A DNA stretch of 63,210 nucleotides, counting the filler, from Craspedostauros australis (lineage: Eukaryota): NCBI GenBank assembly GCA_030167865.1. It is 21 parts of 21 records of this genome, joined end to end, with 100 filler letters (N's around TTAATTAATTAA, not from the genome) between each part and the next. Parts side by side here need not be neighbours in the genome. Positions count along the whole stretch, not along the records: positions 34,776 to 40,899 come from JALAGF010001762.1; positions 41,000 to 47,696 come from JALAGF010001763.1; 19 more parts are not named here. The stretch is one strand, 5' to 3'. A program made the position numbers and the translations under genes. Below, one piece after another: positions 35,643 through 46,999 of the stretch. The notes under the pieces are model-generated. The model was not told where the DNA came from. It saw nothing but the letters and a program-made list of their open reading frames with translations, and did no database searches. Positions within the stretch are counted from its first letter, which is position 1; every line of letters starts with the position of its first letter.

Positions 35643-37451
35643 TCAGCAGCCGGTCGCAACAGCGCCAGAGAGCGTTGTCGGTTGCGAATCGTTGATGATG
35701 GATGATTGATCTGCCTTCATTTGTTGAATCTCGTCGGATTCTTCTCTTTGTTGTACGGACACGACAACCGTGCTTTCGTCGATGACACACGTCGCATTCA
35801 GCACACCATGAACCCCTGTGTCAATGATGTTGTTATCGTTGGTGTTGTTGCTGCTGCCGTACTCATCCGTGAACGTCATGTTGTAGTGCCACAGCGCTTC
35901 GCCTTCGTCGGTCTCCACGCAACGGTCTTCAAATCGATATTGCTCGGCCGCTTGATTTCGTGTTTCGTCTGTTTCTGCTTCAGCGCCCATCTTGGTTGCA
36001 ACGGCGAGCTCATCGTACACCACCTGAGTGATCAGCACTTCACCAACTTCGGCCGTATCTTCTCCCAGAGTGCAGCAATCCTCCCACGCCTCGCCGATGA
36101 TGTCATGGTTAATGATGCAGACGGTGCCGTGGGCGACGCCCAGCTTGATGCGGATCTGATAGTCCGTCTCCTTATCCTGGTTGTACCGACGGATGCCGGT
36201 CTTGATGTGCCGAACCGTGCTGATGCAGTCTGTTGGAGTCTCGAAACGCACGATGACGTTGTCCCCGTCGTACTTGACGATCTTGCCGTCGCAACCACTC
36301 TCTCGGATGGCATCCCGGAATATCTTGCGGCAGTTGGCCACGAGGAGGAGGAAATGGTAGATGCCGTAGCGCTGCGTCAGACGGGTGAATCCGCTGAGAT
36401 CCGATTGCAGCATTGTGCACGTGTACTGGCAATTTGCTTCCAGCTGCTGGGCCGCATGCTGTCGCTGATTTCCGTCCGTGCTGGAGAGCTGCAGGCAGGA
36501 CAGGCGGATATCGTGGACGTTGGTGCCGTCGTTATCTTCTGAGGTTGCCGATTGCGACGCTTCATATTTAGCGGGATTGTTCTGCGCAGGATTTACGATC
36601 GTTTCATGAGATGGCAGGTCGGAGGGCAAGAATTTTTGGACGTTGTCCGATGATACGGCAATGGATTTGTAGACGATATCCACCTTTGAAATCTTGACAA
36701 ATCCATCCTCCACTGAGACATCGGAGAATATGCTGTCTGCTTCATTATGTTGCTCTTTCAAAATCATGCGGTAGCAACCATCGGAGATCAAGATCTCGCC
36801 ATCTTTGGCGTGATCTTCACCCAGCTTCGATGCGATGTTGACGGCGTTGCCGTAGTAGTCGCCGACCAGCAGGACCAGCGGCCCGTGATCCAAACCGCAC
36901 GACACATCGATCTCGCAAGCGAATCGCTTTTTGCATTCGTCCACGATGCACTTGGTGCGCAAGGCACCGCGCAGAGCGGCAGCAGGCGATCGGTGCACGC
37001 AGAATGCTCGCTCGTCGTCGTACTTGACGAGATGCGGTCGATCGCGCTTGTCTGACAACGTGGCAGCGTCGTTTTTGTTGTCGCTATTGCTGTTGCTCCT
37101 GCCGCTGTCCAACACGCAAGCCTCCAGCAAGGAACGCAAATACATGGTGATGGAGAGCTTCTGATGGGACGACTCTGCATGATGGATGTGAAATTTGATG
37201 ATGAGAACACATCCTGGACGCTCGAACCGATCCTTGGCGCGCCGGAATTTCTCGTCCCTGGTGCTGTCCGGCTCAAGCAGGATGTCTTCCATGTCCGAGT
37301 TGAAGCTGGACCAGAGGTTGGCTGCAGGGGATGGCGCCGCCGATACCGCCGCTGCTGCTCGTGCTTTGGCGATAGCAGCCGACGCTGCCGTCTTTAGGTC
37401 TGTCTCGCTGGATCTGGAGGTGTCATTGTTGGGCATGCTGGTGGATGCCAT
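35643..37451 (-). CDS. Soluble tandem class III nucleotide (probably adenylate) cyclase, 602 aa
   Basis: Domain 1: LVKYDDE, GLDHG, GDYYGNAVNIASKLGED. Domain 2: QSDLSGFT, IVKYDGDN, LGVAHG, DIIGEAWEDCCTLGED. Confidence 0.88.
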   Translation of the reverse strand: MASTSMPNNDTSRSSETDLKTAASAAIAKARAAAAVSAAPSPAANLWSSFNSDMEDILLEPDSTRDEKFRRAKDRFERPGCVLIIKFHIHHAESSHQKLSITMYLRSLLEACVLDSGRSNSNSDNKNDAATLSDKRDRPHLVKYDDERAFCVHRSPAAALRGALRTKCIVDECKKRFACEIDVSCGLDHGPLVLLVGDYYGNAVNIASKLGEDHAKDGEILISDGCYRMILKEQHNEADSIFSDVSVEDGFVKISKVDIVYKSIAVSSDNVQKFLPSDLPSHETIVNPAQNNPAKYEASQSATSEDNDGTNVHDIRLSCLQLSSTDGNQRQHAAQQLEANCQYTCTMLQSDLSGFTRLTQRYGIYHFLLLVANCRKIFRDAIRESGCDGKIVKYDGDNVIVRFETPTDCISTVRHIKTGIRRYNQDKETDYQIRIKLGVAHGTVCIINHDIIGEAWEDCCTLGEDTAEVGEVLITQVVYDELAVATKMGAEAETDETRNQAAEQYRFEDRCVETDEGEALWHYNMTFTDEYGSSNNTNDNNIIDTGVHGVLNATCVIDESTVVVSVQQREESDEIQQMKADQSSIINDSQPTTLSGAVATGC

Positions 37452-38381
37452 GGTCGCTGCTGCTGCTTGCTGTTTGCTGAAGATGGTGGTTATCTCTTAA
37501 CGTGAATGCTCCAGAGTATGCCGGTGGCTGCTACTATAGCTATCGCTATTGCTGTATGGTACAAGCTGAACCCGGAACCGTCTTCTTGGATGTTTGCGAT
37601 TGTGATGCCACCTGCGCAGCTCTCGGTCACTGACGTTGCGATCTATGTTCCCTTGTCGTTGCAGTCGATGCTGGGTTATTGTGATGACAGTGGTGGTTGT
37701 GTTGAGGTGCTCGTTGGCTTCTCAGAGGGTCACCGTTTTGCCCCTGCCGTCAAAGGGGCGAAACTGTCCCTTCGTTTCCTCTCGCTTCGTGCCCTTTTGT
37801 GCTTTGTTGCTGTCCGTCTGCGTGAAGAATCCGAATCTGTCACGTCCCAGGCGCAAAGACGGTGGAAGAGCTGTTGTTCTGCACGGTTCCAAGGTTGACA
37901 TCATCACATGCACAATCAAGCCTTGGCCAAGAGTTCTCGACTACCGGAACCAACAAAATTCGTCTCTCTTTCGCAGTGTTCGCAAACCGCACAAGGCAGC
38001 CATTTCGCTTCGACAGACTTTGTGTGCGTTTGCGATGATGATTGTGCGACAACGTCGGCGTCGTTATTTATGGTACGCAGAATTGCAGAAATGACCCGCG
38101 TGCTTCACTCCACGACCACGTCGCATGCTCACACACGAATCGTTTCTTCCACTCTTGACTAAAATCGCCAAACAAACAATTGACGGGACTCGAACGAGAT
38201 GATTCTCCCTTTTCACTTTTTCCCTTGCAATTCGAGCGTTTTCCTGTTCCCAAATCAATTCATCGAAAAGAAAGAAGCCAGCTGATCGTTCTGCCTGGAC
38301 GTACAGGAACTAGAATGGATAAAATAATAGATCCCACGAATATGTTTGTGTTTACAGTGTCCTACTCTGCAGTGGATTGAA

Positions 38382-38431
38382 ATAGAGAACAGTCGAGCAG
38401 AGAACAGCCGAGTAGAGAACAGTCGAGTAGA
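38382..38431. repeat. 15-bp tandem repeat (YAGAGAACAGYCGAG) x3
   Basis: Seen directly, just downstream of the 38470..39723 gene. Confidence 0.85.
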
Positions 38432-38469
38432 GCAGAGCAGCTCTCACTCTTGCGTTGCATTCATCGGCT

Positions 38470-39723
38470 CTACAGCCCATGTTGCGAGATGAAGGCGTCG
38501 ATGGCTGGCATATCGCACTTAAATGCGAATGGAAAGTCCATCGCTTGCGTTGCGATGAGTTGCAAAAGTCCGTGCATCAGGAACGCGTAGAATGAAAGTC
38601 GCAGCCCCTTGCTGGCGTTCCTCGTGCTGATGGACATTTCGGATGCCGATGTTGCAACAGCCTCGCCGTGCTGCCTCATGCTCTTTGGAATCGTCATGTA
38701 GATGAGGGTCGCGACCATCAACAGCATGCAGGCACCGTGAGTGGTCGCCAGGTGCTGAATGCGGATGCTGATGATGTCATGATGATGAGCAGGACACTCC
38801 GTCATACGGAACGCGATGCGAAAGCCCCATCGCGAGAATCCCGTGCCGCAGATGGTCGTCATGAGCAAGGTCATGTACGTGATGTGGAGTCGGAAACGCA
38901 CGGCGCGGCTGGGAATGCGCTTGGTGTCGTGCAGGCTGGAGCGGCTCAACCACCAGAACATGGCGATCATGGTCGGCGTGAGCAGTGCTGCGGCGAATGG
39001 CAGGGAGTAAAGGGCGGTCTGCCACATGGTTGGGTCGACGGCGTCCGCCAACAGATGTCCTTGTGCCAATGCGGCCGATTTGGTGGACACGAAGACCCAG
39101 GAAGCGTTCGTGTGGAGTTCGACGATGATGGCTGGGAGGAGCACGTCCAAAGCGAACCAACCCAAGATGGAATGCAGTCTGTAGGCCTTGAAGATGGCGG
39201 TGAGAACCTGCGCGGTGGATACGACAGCCCAAAGAGACATGAGGATGAGGTGGAGGTGATCGATGAGGTACCGCTGCAGCTCGGGGAGGTCGCCGCCACT
39301 CCACGAGTTCTTCGTGACGACGTAGATGAGGAAAGGGATCATCGCTGTCATGCACATTGCGAGGTTGATCATGGCCAGCGTTCTTGACGTGATCTTGGGA
39401 ATGTGCCAATGACGGTAGGCGTGGAGGCAGATGGCGATGGTGAAGATTGTGCTGACCATCCAGTATGACGATGACATGGTCTCGGTGAAGATGGGAGCCT
39501 GGTCGTCATGGGTACGCGTACTCGTACTCGTGCTGTTGGTCGCATTGATGTTGATGATGGCATTGCCAACGGGTGGTACCGCCGATAGTAGTACGTCAGC
39601 GGACAAAATGTTGCTGAGGTTGGCTCCGCTGGATGGGATGGCGAGCCTGGCCATGAAAAATGCTTCATGGCATGGCGCGACTGCGACTGCGACTGCAATG
39701 GATTCGGAGGTGGAGATGCTCAT
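38470..39723 (-). CDS. Polytopic membrane protein (~8 TM), DUF2306-like
   Basis: 417-aa ORF with many hydrophobic helices and His motifs HLHLILM, RLHSILGW and RLHITYM. Confidence 0.7.
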   Translation of the reverse strand: MSISTSESIAVAVAVAPCHEAFFMARLAIPSSGANLSNILSADVLLSAVPPVGNAIININATNSTSTSTRTHDDQAPIFTETMSSSYWMVSTIFTIAICLHAYRHWHIPKITSRTLAMINLAMCMTAMIPFLIYVVTKNSWSGGDLPELQRYLIDHLHLILMSLWAVVSTAQVLTAIFKAYRLHSILGWFALDVLLPAIIVELHTNASWVFVSTKSAALAQGHLLADAVDPTMWQTALYSLPFAAALLTPTMIAMFWWLSRSSLHDTKRIPSRAVRFRLHITYMTLLMTTICGTGFSRWGFRIAFRMTECPAHHHDIISIRIQHLATTHGACMLLMVATLIYMTIPKSMRQHGEAVATSASEMSISTRNASKGLRLSFYAFLMHGLLQLIATQAMDFPFAFKCDMPAIDAFISQHGL

Positions 39724-40999
39724 GATGTTGAGATGTGGCTTACGTTGCTGTTGTGTTGCTTTGTAACTTGGTGGTTTGTCTTTTTGCTGTGGGCTGTTGT
39801 GATTTTATGTTTGGTTTGTGCGGTTGCGTTTGTGCTCGTGGCGGTATTGTGAGCTGCGGATTGACAAGACGGAGGGAAGAACGTGATGGGAAACCATCGG
39901 CGACAGGATGAAGAACGAAGTACGCATGCAAGAGCATCTGGTGCGCGGAATCTGTTCACAGCGTGCGTGATCAGACGACTTTCGCAAACATAGCAGCGCG
40001 ACTTCGCATCTCTCCGTCTTATTCTCGTTCAAGCACTGCATCATACGCAGATGTGTGTTAAATGTAACATGTTGTTCGTCGCCTTGTTGTCTTGTTGCAT
40101 TTTTGGAAGCCTTGACACGAAGAGTCGGATGGTTGGGTATCCGCGCTTCTGGTTGGCGATTGCTCTGTGCGTTCGGGGGAGTACTCGCAGTCGCAAGAAG
40201 ACGGAAGGTGGACATCATGTGCAGCCATCCACTCTCGAGATTTCCTGATGGATGGGTGCTCCACTCGTGGCTCGCATCAATTTGGAGCTTTCCTCCAATG
40301 CGTGTTACACTCATCCACACCCACACACACATCTGTGAAGAGCAGAGACCAGAGAGTATCAAAATGTGAACGTATTCGTACTGGTATGCAATTGTATGTT
40401 TGGATGTCCCTTGTCGGTTCGAGTGTTCAATAAATCTCAAGCTCTTTGGCTACCGTGTCCATCCCCGAATCGCCGTCCCGTTCATTCATCCCGTTCATTC
40501 ATCCCGAAGCACGTCGCAGGCCACCTCGGCAAGTGGGATGGTCGTTCCCTCAGGTCCTCAGGCGTTGCTTCATGTGATCGTTGGCGTGTTGGGGGCTGTT
40601 TTGTTGAAGGAGCATGAACAAAGGAATGATCATGACCGTTCATGATGTAATACCCATAAGATGATGCCACAGCGTGAAGCGACTGCAAATGCGTTCGTGA
40701 TGGTGGATACCTTGCGGAGAAATGTGAGACAGAACGAGTGTCATCACAATGAGGCTCCCTCGTTGAACAATCACCCAAGCGATAGCTTTGACTTTGCGCG
40801 AGCTTAACTCTTCACAGAAGTCGATGCCGGAGCTAAAATACGCGAAGAGAAGCAGAAGTGCGTGAACCGTCTTCAGCATAAATGTGTTCGATCTGTGATN
40901 NNNNNNNNNNNNNNNNNNNNNNNNNNNNNNNNNNNNNNNNNNNTTAATTAATTAANNNNNNNNNNNNNNNNNNNNNNNNNNNNNNNNNNNNNNNNNNNN

Positions 41000-41287
41000 T
41001 GCACCCACCACCTGACAGACAGCAAGCCAAAACGACATTAAAAATAAAGTTCATACAAATTTAACTAAGATATTCAGAATAAACGATAGCCAAGCGTCCG
41101 AATGAACTGTCTAGTTTTAATTTTAAATGGTGCGTTGTTGAGATATAACATCATAAGCAGTTGTTTGGATGGTTTTGGGTGTGCTCTAATTTAGTCTACT
41201 TTATCACGACTCATCACGAGTAAAACTCAAAAAACACTCCACAACTAGTGTTATCGTGAGTGCATCAACTGCGACCTGGAGGTCGTA
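41000..41287. mobile_element. Second copy of the 288-bp element end
   Basis: Identical to 34776..35063. Confidence 0.8.
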
Positions 41288-41825
41288 TGTGCGAGACGAA
41301 GTAACGCCTGGATAACGACCGCATCCGTTGGGCAGAGAAGGCACAGAAATGCTCCAACACACTTGTTTTTGGGGCACTTTGACGCTTTTCCGGCCTCGGT
41401 GGGCTTGGGTCAGGTTTTCTGTATTTTTCGTTCTGCAGATAGTGCAACAACGTCCGCCATTCAACCGGAATCTCAACTCTGAAGAGTACTTCGGGGAGGG
41501 TAGAAAGTCCCCTCTCTCCAGAAACTTCAGAGGGTGACGTTGTGCACCGGCACAGCAGCAATAGTGTTGACTTCCTAGATAGTTTGGTGCCGATTGATGG
41601 GATGCCAACGTGATGATCAGCCACTCCGGTCAGGGTTCGGTTGAATCTGTGGTTCATCGAAGCAGCGGAGATTGATCAATAGGAAGTACCAAAGCAGGGC
41701 GGAGCAACCTCGAAACTCGAGCGTAACAACGCCATAGCACGAATAATATTGTAGGACTGTATGTCATTCGAGGTTCGGAGCACTCAGCGTTTCTCACCAG
41801 CCACTCCAATTTGGTACTGTATGCG

Positions 41826-44800
41826 CTACAAAAGAAGAACCCATCCCAACACAATTGCTGTCGCCGACACAGCGAACGCCGCAGATGGCATTCTCCGCGA
41901 GGAAGCCGAATAGCTGGATCGAGCGATGCTGGCTGTCGGCGCTTCTAGAGACTGAGTAGATTCACTCGTCATCGTAGGAATCTCGCTTGGCATGCCACTT
42001 GATCGTACCGACGGTGATACCGTGGGTTGGTGACTCGGAGAATTTGAAGGTGACGGTGACGGCAAGGTCGATGGAGCCCAGGATGGGGACGACGTAGGGG
42101 ACGGCGATGGATCCCAGGACGGTGTAGAGGAAGGCAACTGCGATGGAGTGGCCGTTTCCGCGAAGGCTGCCGCGACCTCGTCCTCGGTGTAGCAGGTACC
42201 GAAGGCAGTATCATCGAAAACTTGGAACAGGCTAGTGCGACTCACGGTAGGTGTGCCGCACAAATCAAACACATCGCCACCCATCACGTAGGAGCAGTCC
42301 AACCGCTGTGCCGAGGTCGCGCCGTCAGGGCATTGGACGAGGGCGCATGAGGAGCAAGGCCGGACGTCAAATTCTGACAGTGCGATGGCACCCTGGCACG
42401 TGGCTTCCTTGTGGTCTATGATCGTTGCCACCAGTCCTTGTCTGCCGTTTGTGTAATTGTACAGCCGTATGGATTCGATGCGGTCGCCGTCATCGTCGAA
42501 GGAATCCACAGATGTCAGCATCATGCATGCCGATTGGTCTTGGTTGCACATGCGACCACAGGTGGTTAGGCACAGCAAACTGACCTCCTGATCCTCCCCC
42601 TCATAGCAGAAACACTCCAGGTTGCTATTCGCCTTGCCTCGTGCTTCTTCGCAAGCAATTATCCCAGCAGGAGTGGGCTGGATCATCAGGCCGAAGGTCC
42701 CGCGCTCCACGTAGGACGCGAACAGGCTGTAGCCACTGACGTAGATCATGTACTTCCGCCCTTTCTCCGCAAAGAAGTCGATGTCTTGATGACTCCATTC
42801 GCTGGTGGCAACGCATTCGAATGAATCGCAGTCACCAACGCGAACAGAAACGACGGTGGATATATCAGTCACGTCATGGTCCGTCGAAACTCGGAGCATC
42901 TCACCATCTCCCACGATGGTGTACCAGAGCCCATTCCTTCCATTTTCCTCACAGACGTCCACCTCTCCCGTCTGCACGTGCTGCGTCGAATCGATGATGA
43001 GAGTGCCATTTGCCTCGAGGGGCATTGCGTTGCTGCAAATGTCATGAACCGGTGACTTGTCGACGCAGGAACCAAACCCGTCCATTGAGAGAGCCTGGAA
43101 GAGACCATCGTTCACAACGGTCGGAGCGCAAAAGTTGAATGCGTCTGATTCACCTTCGTGGTTGCAGGACATCGACGGCTTCGTGGTGCCATCATCGCAT
43201 TCGAGGACATCGCAAGTGCAATCACGCGGAAAGGCATTGACGTAGCAAAAAGAGAACGAACCCCACGTGCTCACTGAGACGGTGAATTCATCCTCTCTGC
43301 CAACTGTGTACTCGAACAGCTGGTGCGTGTCGCGAACTGCACCAGAAGACTCGAAATCTGTGGCGTACGACTTGTCAACGCAGATGCTCTCATCTGCGTT
43401 GCAATAGTACCCGCAGGTCGTCTTGCATTCCATGCTCACGCCAGCCGTTGATTGATCGAGGCTGCACGAGCAGGCAACGTCAGCGGCCATTTCCAGCTCC
43501 TCCTTCCTCGCTTCGCATGATGCTTGCGATGAGTAGACGGTGCATACATCTGCACCTCCAACGATGAGGTTGTGTAACGCGTTGGACCACCACGCGTTGT
43601 GGCTGTCTGTGCCGATGCTCTTGGGATCGAGGACGGCGACCTTCATGGGGGCAGCTGTGTCTTCGTAGCACAAATCGATCGGCTCCAGCGTTGGGTGCAC
43701 GTTCGAGCAGTCCACGATCGGTGCGCCGTCGCAGGATGGCTGGGTTTCGCAAGCGCTGCAGGCTGTGCCATTCACCCGAACAATGCAACGCCCATTCTTG
43801 TCAACCTCAAAGGAAATGGCCTCTGCTGATCCTTCGGCGTAGATGGTTGTGTTCTTGTGTTCGACGCCACCGCTCCATAGAAAGGTTGACTCGTACTCCT
43901 TGTTGCTGCAAAGTGCCCCATTCACATTGCAGTATCTGCAATGGTCGATACAGACCAGTCGAAATGCGTAAGAGCCATCGTACTTGGAAGGCGTTACGTA
44001 CTCACAGTTGCAGTCCACACCGACGGTGGCCTCTTCGAATTTCTGCTGCGCATCGTAACAACGATCGAAGGGTGTCGGTATCTCCTCCGTGATGGTGAGC
44101 TCGAAATCTCCCGTCAGTCCGATACTTGCAGACGAGACTTGGATTAAGTAGGCCACGCCTGGTTCCGAAACCCATTCAATCGTGGGATGTTCACCAGAAT
44201 CACAGAAACTTCCGTGGGAGGAATAGTCGATGCACTGCGAAGAGTCGCATCCCTCGTTGCCATCAGACCGCAGGACGGCAAGTGATGTATGGAACGTTGT
44301 GCGATCGGAGCACGTGGAAGCGATGAATTTGTTGCCATTACCGTTGATGGAGTACCAAACCGAAGAAGAGGCGTCGTGGTACCTGCAGAATTCTTCAGCA
44401 TCGGCAAGCGCACCGCCGTTGTTGCCGTTCGTGGAGGCAACACCGTCTTTGAAGTTCAGCGCAATCGCACTGTGACAGCTGTCGTTGGCAGATTCGTTGG
44501 CAACGAGTTGTCCTACAGTCATGGTGTAACCCCCGACTCTGTCATCAAACGACGACACGGAGAGATGGTACATCGTCCCATTCGTCGAGTCCCACAACAC
44601 GGCACTTGCCTTCCCGGGGTTTGTTGCGCAGTGCTCGTAGTAGCTCGACTCAACGCATTCAAAGTTGCTTGAACTGCATCCATCGAAACCGACAAGTGCT
44701 TGTACATCCATCACCGTTTCGATTTCGCTCTCGTCCTTGGAGCAGGTGGTGGCGTACATTGCATTGCCCGTCCCCATGACGTTGTATGTATCAACGTGAT

Positions 44801-45551
44801 CACCAGACGAGTATGAGTAGCAACCAGCCGTGGTCTGGGCAACCTCGTCGTTGCGTCCAGCGATAGTGACCTTGGTCTGACCATCCGCGAACGTGACTTC
44901 CGTGGCTGTCGCGCAGATGTCCACCCCCTCGTCACTCCATTGGAGGTGACGTGAGGGTTGCGCTTGGCTCAAAGACCGCACATTCCTTCGTTCCGGGTCC
45001 TTGCGATGGTGCAGATGGCGATGTTCTCGTTCTCGTTGTTTTGCTTGGTGCTGTTGGCCAAGAACATCGTCGTTAGGACAAACGAGGTGATACTCTGCGA
45101 GCAAACTGGACGAAGCCGACGGACCGCCTGCGGTCGCCAGTACGGTGTTGGCCTCCGGTGGTGCCATGGAATGTTCACGAGATCCGCCATGGCGGAACGT
45201 TGGATGGTCCTTCAGAAATCTGGCGCAGGCCTTTTGGTTGGTCTGATATCTGCGCACCTGATGCTCGAAAGAGTGGCTTTCGGGGATCGAGGAGACCGCT
45301 GCGCCAGGCGCTGATGCCGATACGCTGTCGGCCGCTCTGCCATGGCTTGCTCCCTGCAGCTTCGCGGCAGCTTTCTCGAACGAGTCTGAAGCGGTGGCCA
45401 ACGAGCCATGCGTTGTGCTCGAATCCAATGCAATGGCAGTGGGGGAGGATGCGGAAAGAGTTGGCACGAGCAGAGCGAGCGTCGCCCAAAGGCTGACCAT
45501 CCGCCCGATCCAGCAGGGTGATTTCCTCGTCCTCTTCGTCTTCATCGTCAT
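41826..45551 (-). CDS. Secreted, probably GPI-anchored Cys-rich multidomain surface protein (1241 aa)
   Basis: Signal peptide and RSL/RHL motifs. Three (N/H)DxCxxA...WYxxxGxG PPC-like repeats and three CxC...C..CxxCN...C modules, then a PS/PT stalk and a hydrophobic C-terminus (AFAVSATAIVLGWVLLL-stop). Confidence 0.88.
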   Translation of the reverse strand: MTMKTKRTRKSPCWIGRMVSLWATLALLVPTLSASSPTAIALDSSTTHGSLATASDSFEKAAAKLQGASHGRAADSVSASAPGAAVSSIPESHSFEHQVRRYQTNQKACARFLKDHPTFRHGGSREHSMAPPEANTVLATAGGPSASSSLLAEYHLVCPNDDVLGQQHQAKQREREHRHLHHRKDPERRNVRSLSQAQPSRHLQWSDEGVDICATATEVTFADGQTKVTIAGRNDEVAQTTAGCYSYSSGDHVDTYNVMGTGNAMYATTCSKDESEIETVMDVQALVGFDGCSSSNFECVESSYYEHCATNPGKASAVLWDSTNGTMYHLSVSSFDDRVGGYTMTVGQLVANESANDSCHSAIALNFKDGVASTNGNNGGALADAEEFCRYHDASSSVWYSINGNGNKFIASTCSDRTTFHTSLAVLRSDGNEGCDSSQCIDYSSHGSFCDSGEHPTIEWVSEPGVAYLIQVSSASIGLTGDFELTITEEIPTPFDRCYDAQQKFEEATVGVDCNCEYVTPSKYDGSYAFRLVCIDHCRYCNVNGALCSNKEYESTFLWSGGVEHKNTTIYAEGSAEAISFEVDKNGRCIVRVNGTACSACETQPSCDGAPIVDCSNVHPTLEPIDLCYEDTAAPMKVAVLDPKSIGTDSHNAWWSNALHNLIVGGADVCTVYSSQASCEARKEELEMAADVACSCSLDQSTAGVSMECKTTCGYYCNADESICVDKSYATDFESSGAVRDTHQLFEYTVGREDEFTVSVSTWGSFSFCYVNAFPRDCTCDVLECDDGTTKPSMSCNHEGESDAFNFCAPTVVNDGLFQALSMDGFGSCVDKSPVHDICSNAMPLEANGTLIIDSTQHVQTGEVDVCEENGRNGLWYTIVGDGEMLRVSTDHDVTDISTVVSVRVGDCDSFECVATSEWSHQDIDFFAEKGRKYMIYVSGYSLFASYVERGTFGLMIQPTPAGIIACEEARGKANSNLECFCYEGEDQEVSLLCLTTCGRMCNQDQSACMMLTSVDSFDDDGDRIESIRLYNYTNGRQGLVATIIDHKEATCQGAIALSEFDVRPCSSCALVQCPDGATSAQRLDCSYVMGGDVFDLCGTPTVSRTSLFQVFDDTAFGTCYTEDEVAAAFAETATPSQLPSSTPSWDPSPSPTSSPSWAPSTLPSPSPSNSPSHQPTVSPSVRSSGMPSEIPTMTSESTQSLEAPTASIARSSYSASSRRMPSAAFAVSATAIVLGWVLLL

Positions 45552-46999
45552 TGTCGTCGTTGCTCTCCTTGGATGATTCGGTGCGGTGCTGTGCGTGGTT
45601 GTTTGCCGTTTGCCTCACACGACGGAGAGTGCTGATGTGGAAGAACGATCACGGCCAGATACCCTGATGTTGGTTGTTTGTGTCGGTAGTTTCGTGTGCG
45701 TTGGGTAACGCAATCCAAGTCTTCGGTTCAATTCTTGTTGATATCACTGCTGTATAGCATTGTGTCGCACTCTTGTCCTTGTCCGTGAAACCACAACGGC
45801 GTTGCTTCGGTTTCTGACGAAAGAACGACGCGGACACTACTCGGACGAAGGACTCACTTGGCCAACTGGACCAAGTGGGTCCGTACAAAGTCGAGAAGTA
45901 CCAAGCCTTCTGTCGACTCGCGCCAAACCGACTCAGTCTCCGCTGATGTTTGTCTGGGGTCAACCTGCAAGCAGTTTGTGGCTGCGTGGCTTTTACTCGA
46001 CGATCTACGATGATTTGCAAGTATATAGCAGTATTGGTTGAGACGTCATGCTCATACACCTCACAAGCACACGTACGTCGGCGGAAGTGCGTTGTCTGAT
46101 CATATCTCCAGCGTCTGTCCTCCTGGTGGTCGTACGGTGGACTGCCGAAGGCCACCAACAAACAAAACATCATAAATTCCGTCCTTCTCTTCTCCTGGAA
46201 GAATCATTACACATGCTATGCGGTGGGAGCTGTCAGTTGGCGCGACTCTCCGTTCCGCGAGCGACAATTTGTCACTGTGCATACATAGGTACATTCTGCA
46301 TCATTCACGTATAATCGTCGTGTATTCACTGGTCAATTTAGCGGAACAATCATGTGATGAATGATAATACTAGTATTATTATTGTCCAATTGGTTTTCCT
46401 CTTCTGTTCACCGTGGCTGACACTTCGTGGTTGGAGGAGAACAATCGGTTCGCGTGAACTCCGAACATAAACAGATATGAGCTACTCTACACAACTCATC
46501 TTGTCATCGGCGAAGAACTGTTGCGCCTCACAAGTCTCCAAAATGACGAACCCTTCGTCCAATGTTCCTTGGGATAACAGCATGCAAACGCGGGTTCGTA
46601 CTCCCAGTGATTGGGGACTATGTACCAACTGCAACGGGAATACTGGTGACGATCAATAGTAACCTGGCAATGCAGGGTTGGAGTGTGACCTCTGAGTGCC
46701 GAGGTGACGAACAGGAGCAGGCGAGTACTACCTACTACGCCAGCGACACGCTCGAACCTCTGTGAATCGTGAGATCACATTGGCAGACGCACGCACGCAG
46801 GCACGGGGAGACTGAGGGAAAAAGCGCAACTTGCTCGTTGTCTGTTTTCCTTTCTCCCACAAATCTACGCACGAGCCCAGGGACAACCAAGCCGTCCACA
46901 ATTTCGATTCAGCCAAGAAACAGTGCCAAAGCCAAAGCCAGGCCTCTCACTTCATCACCACCACCACCACCATAATCATCACCGTTGCCATATCCCAAC

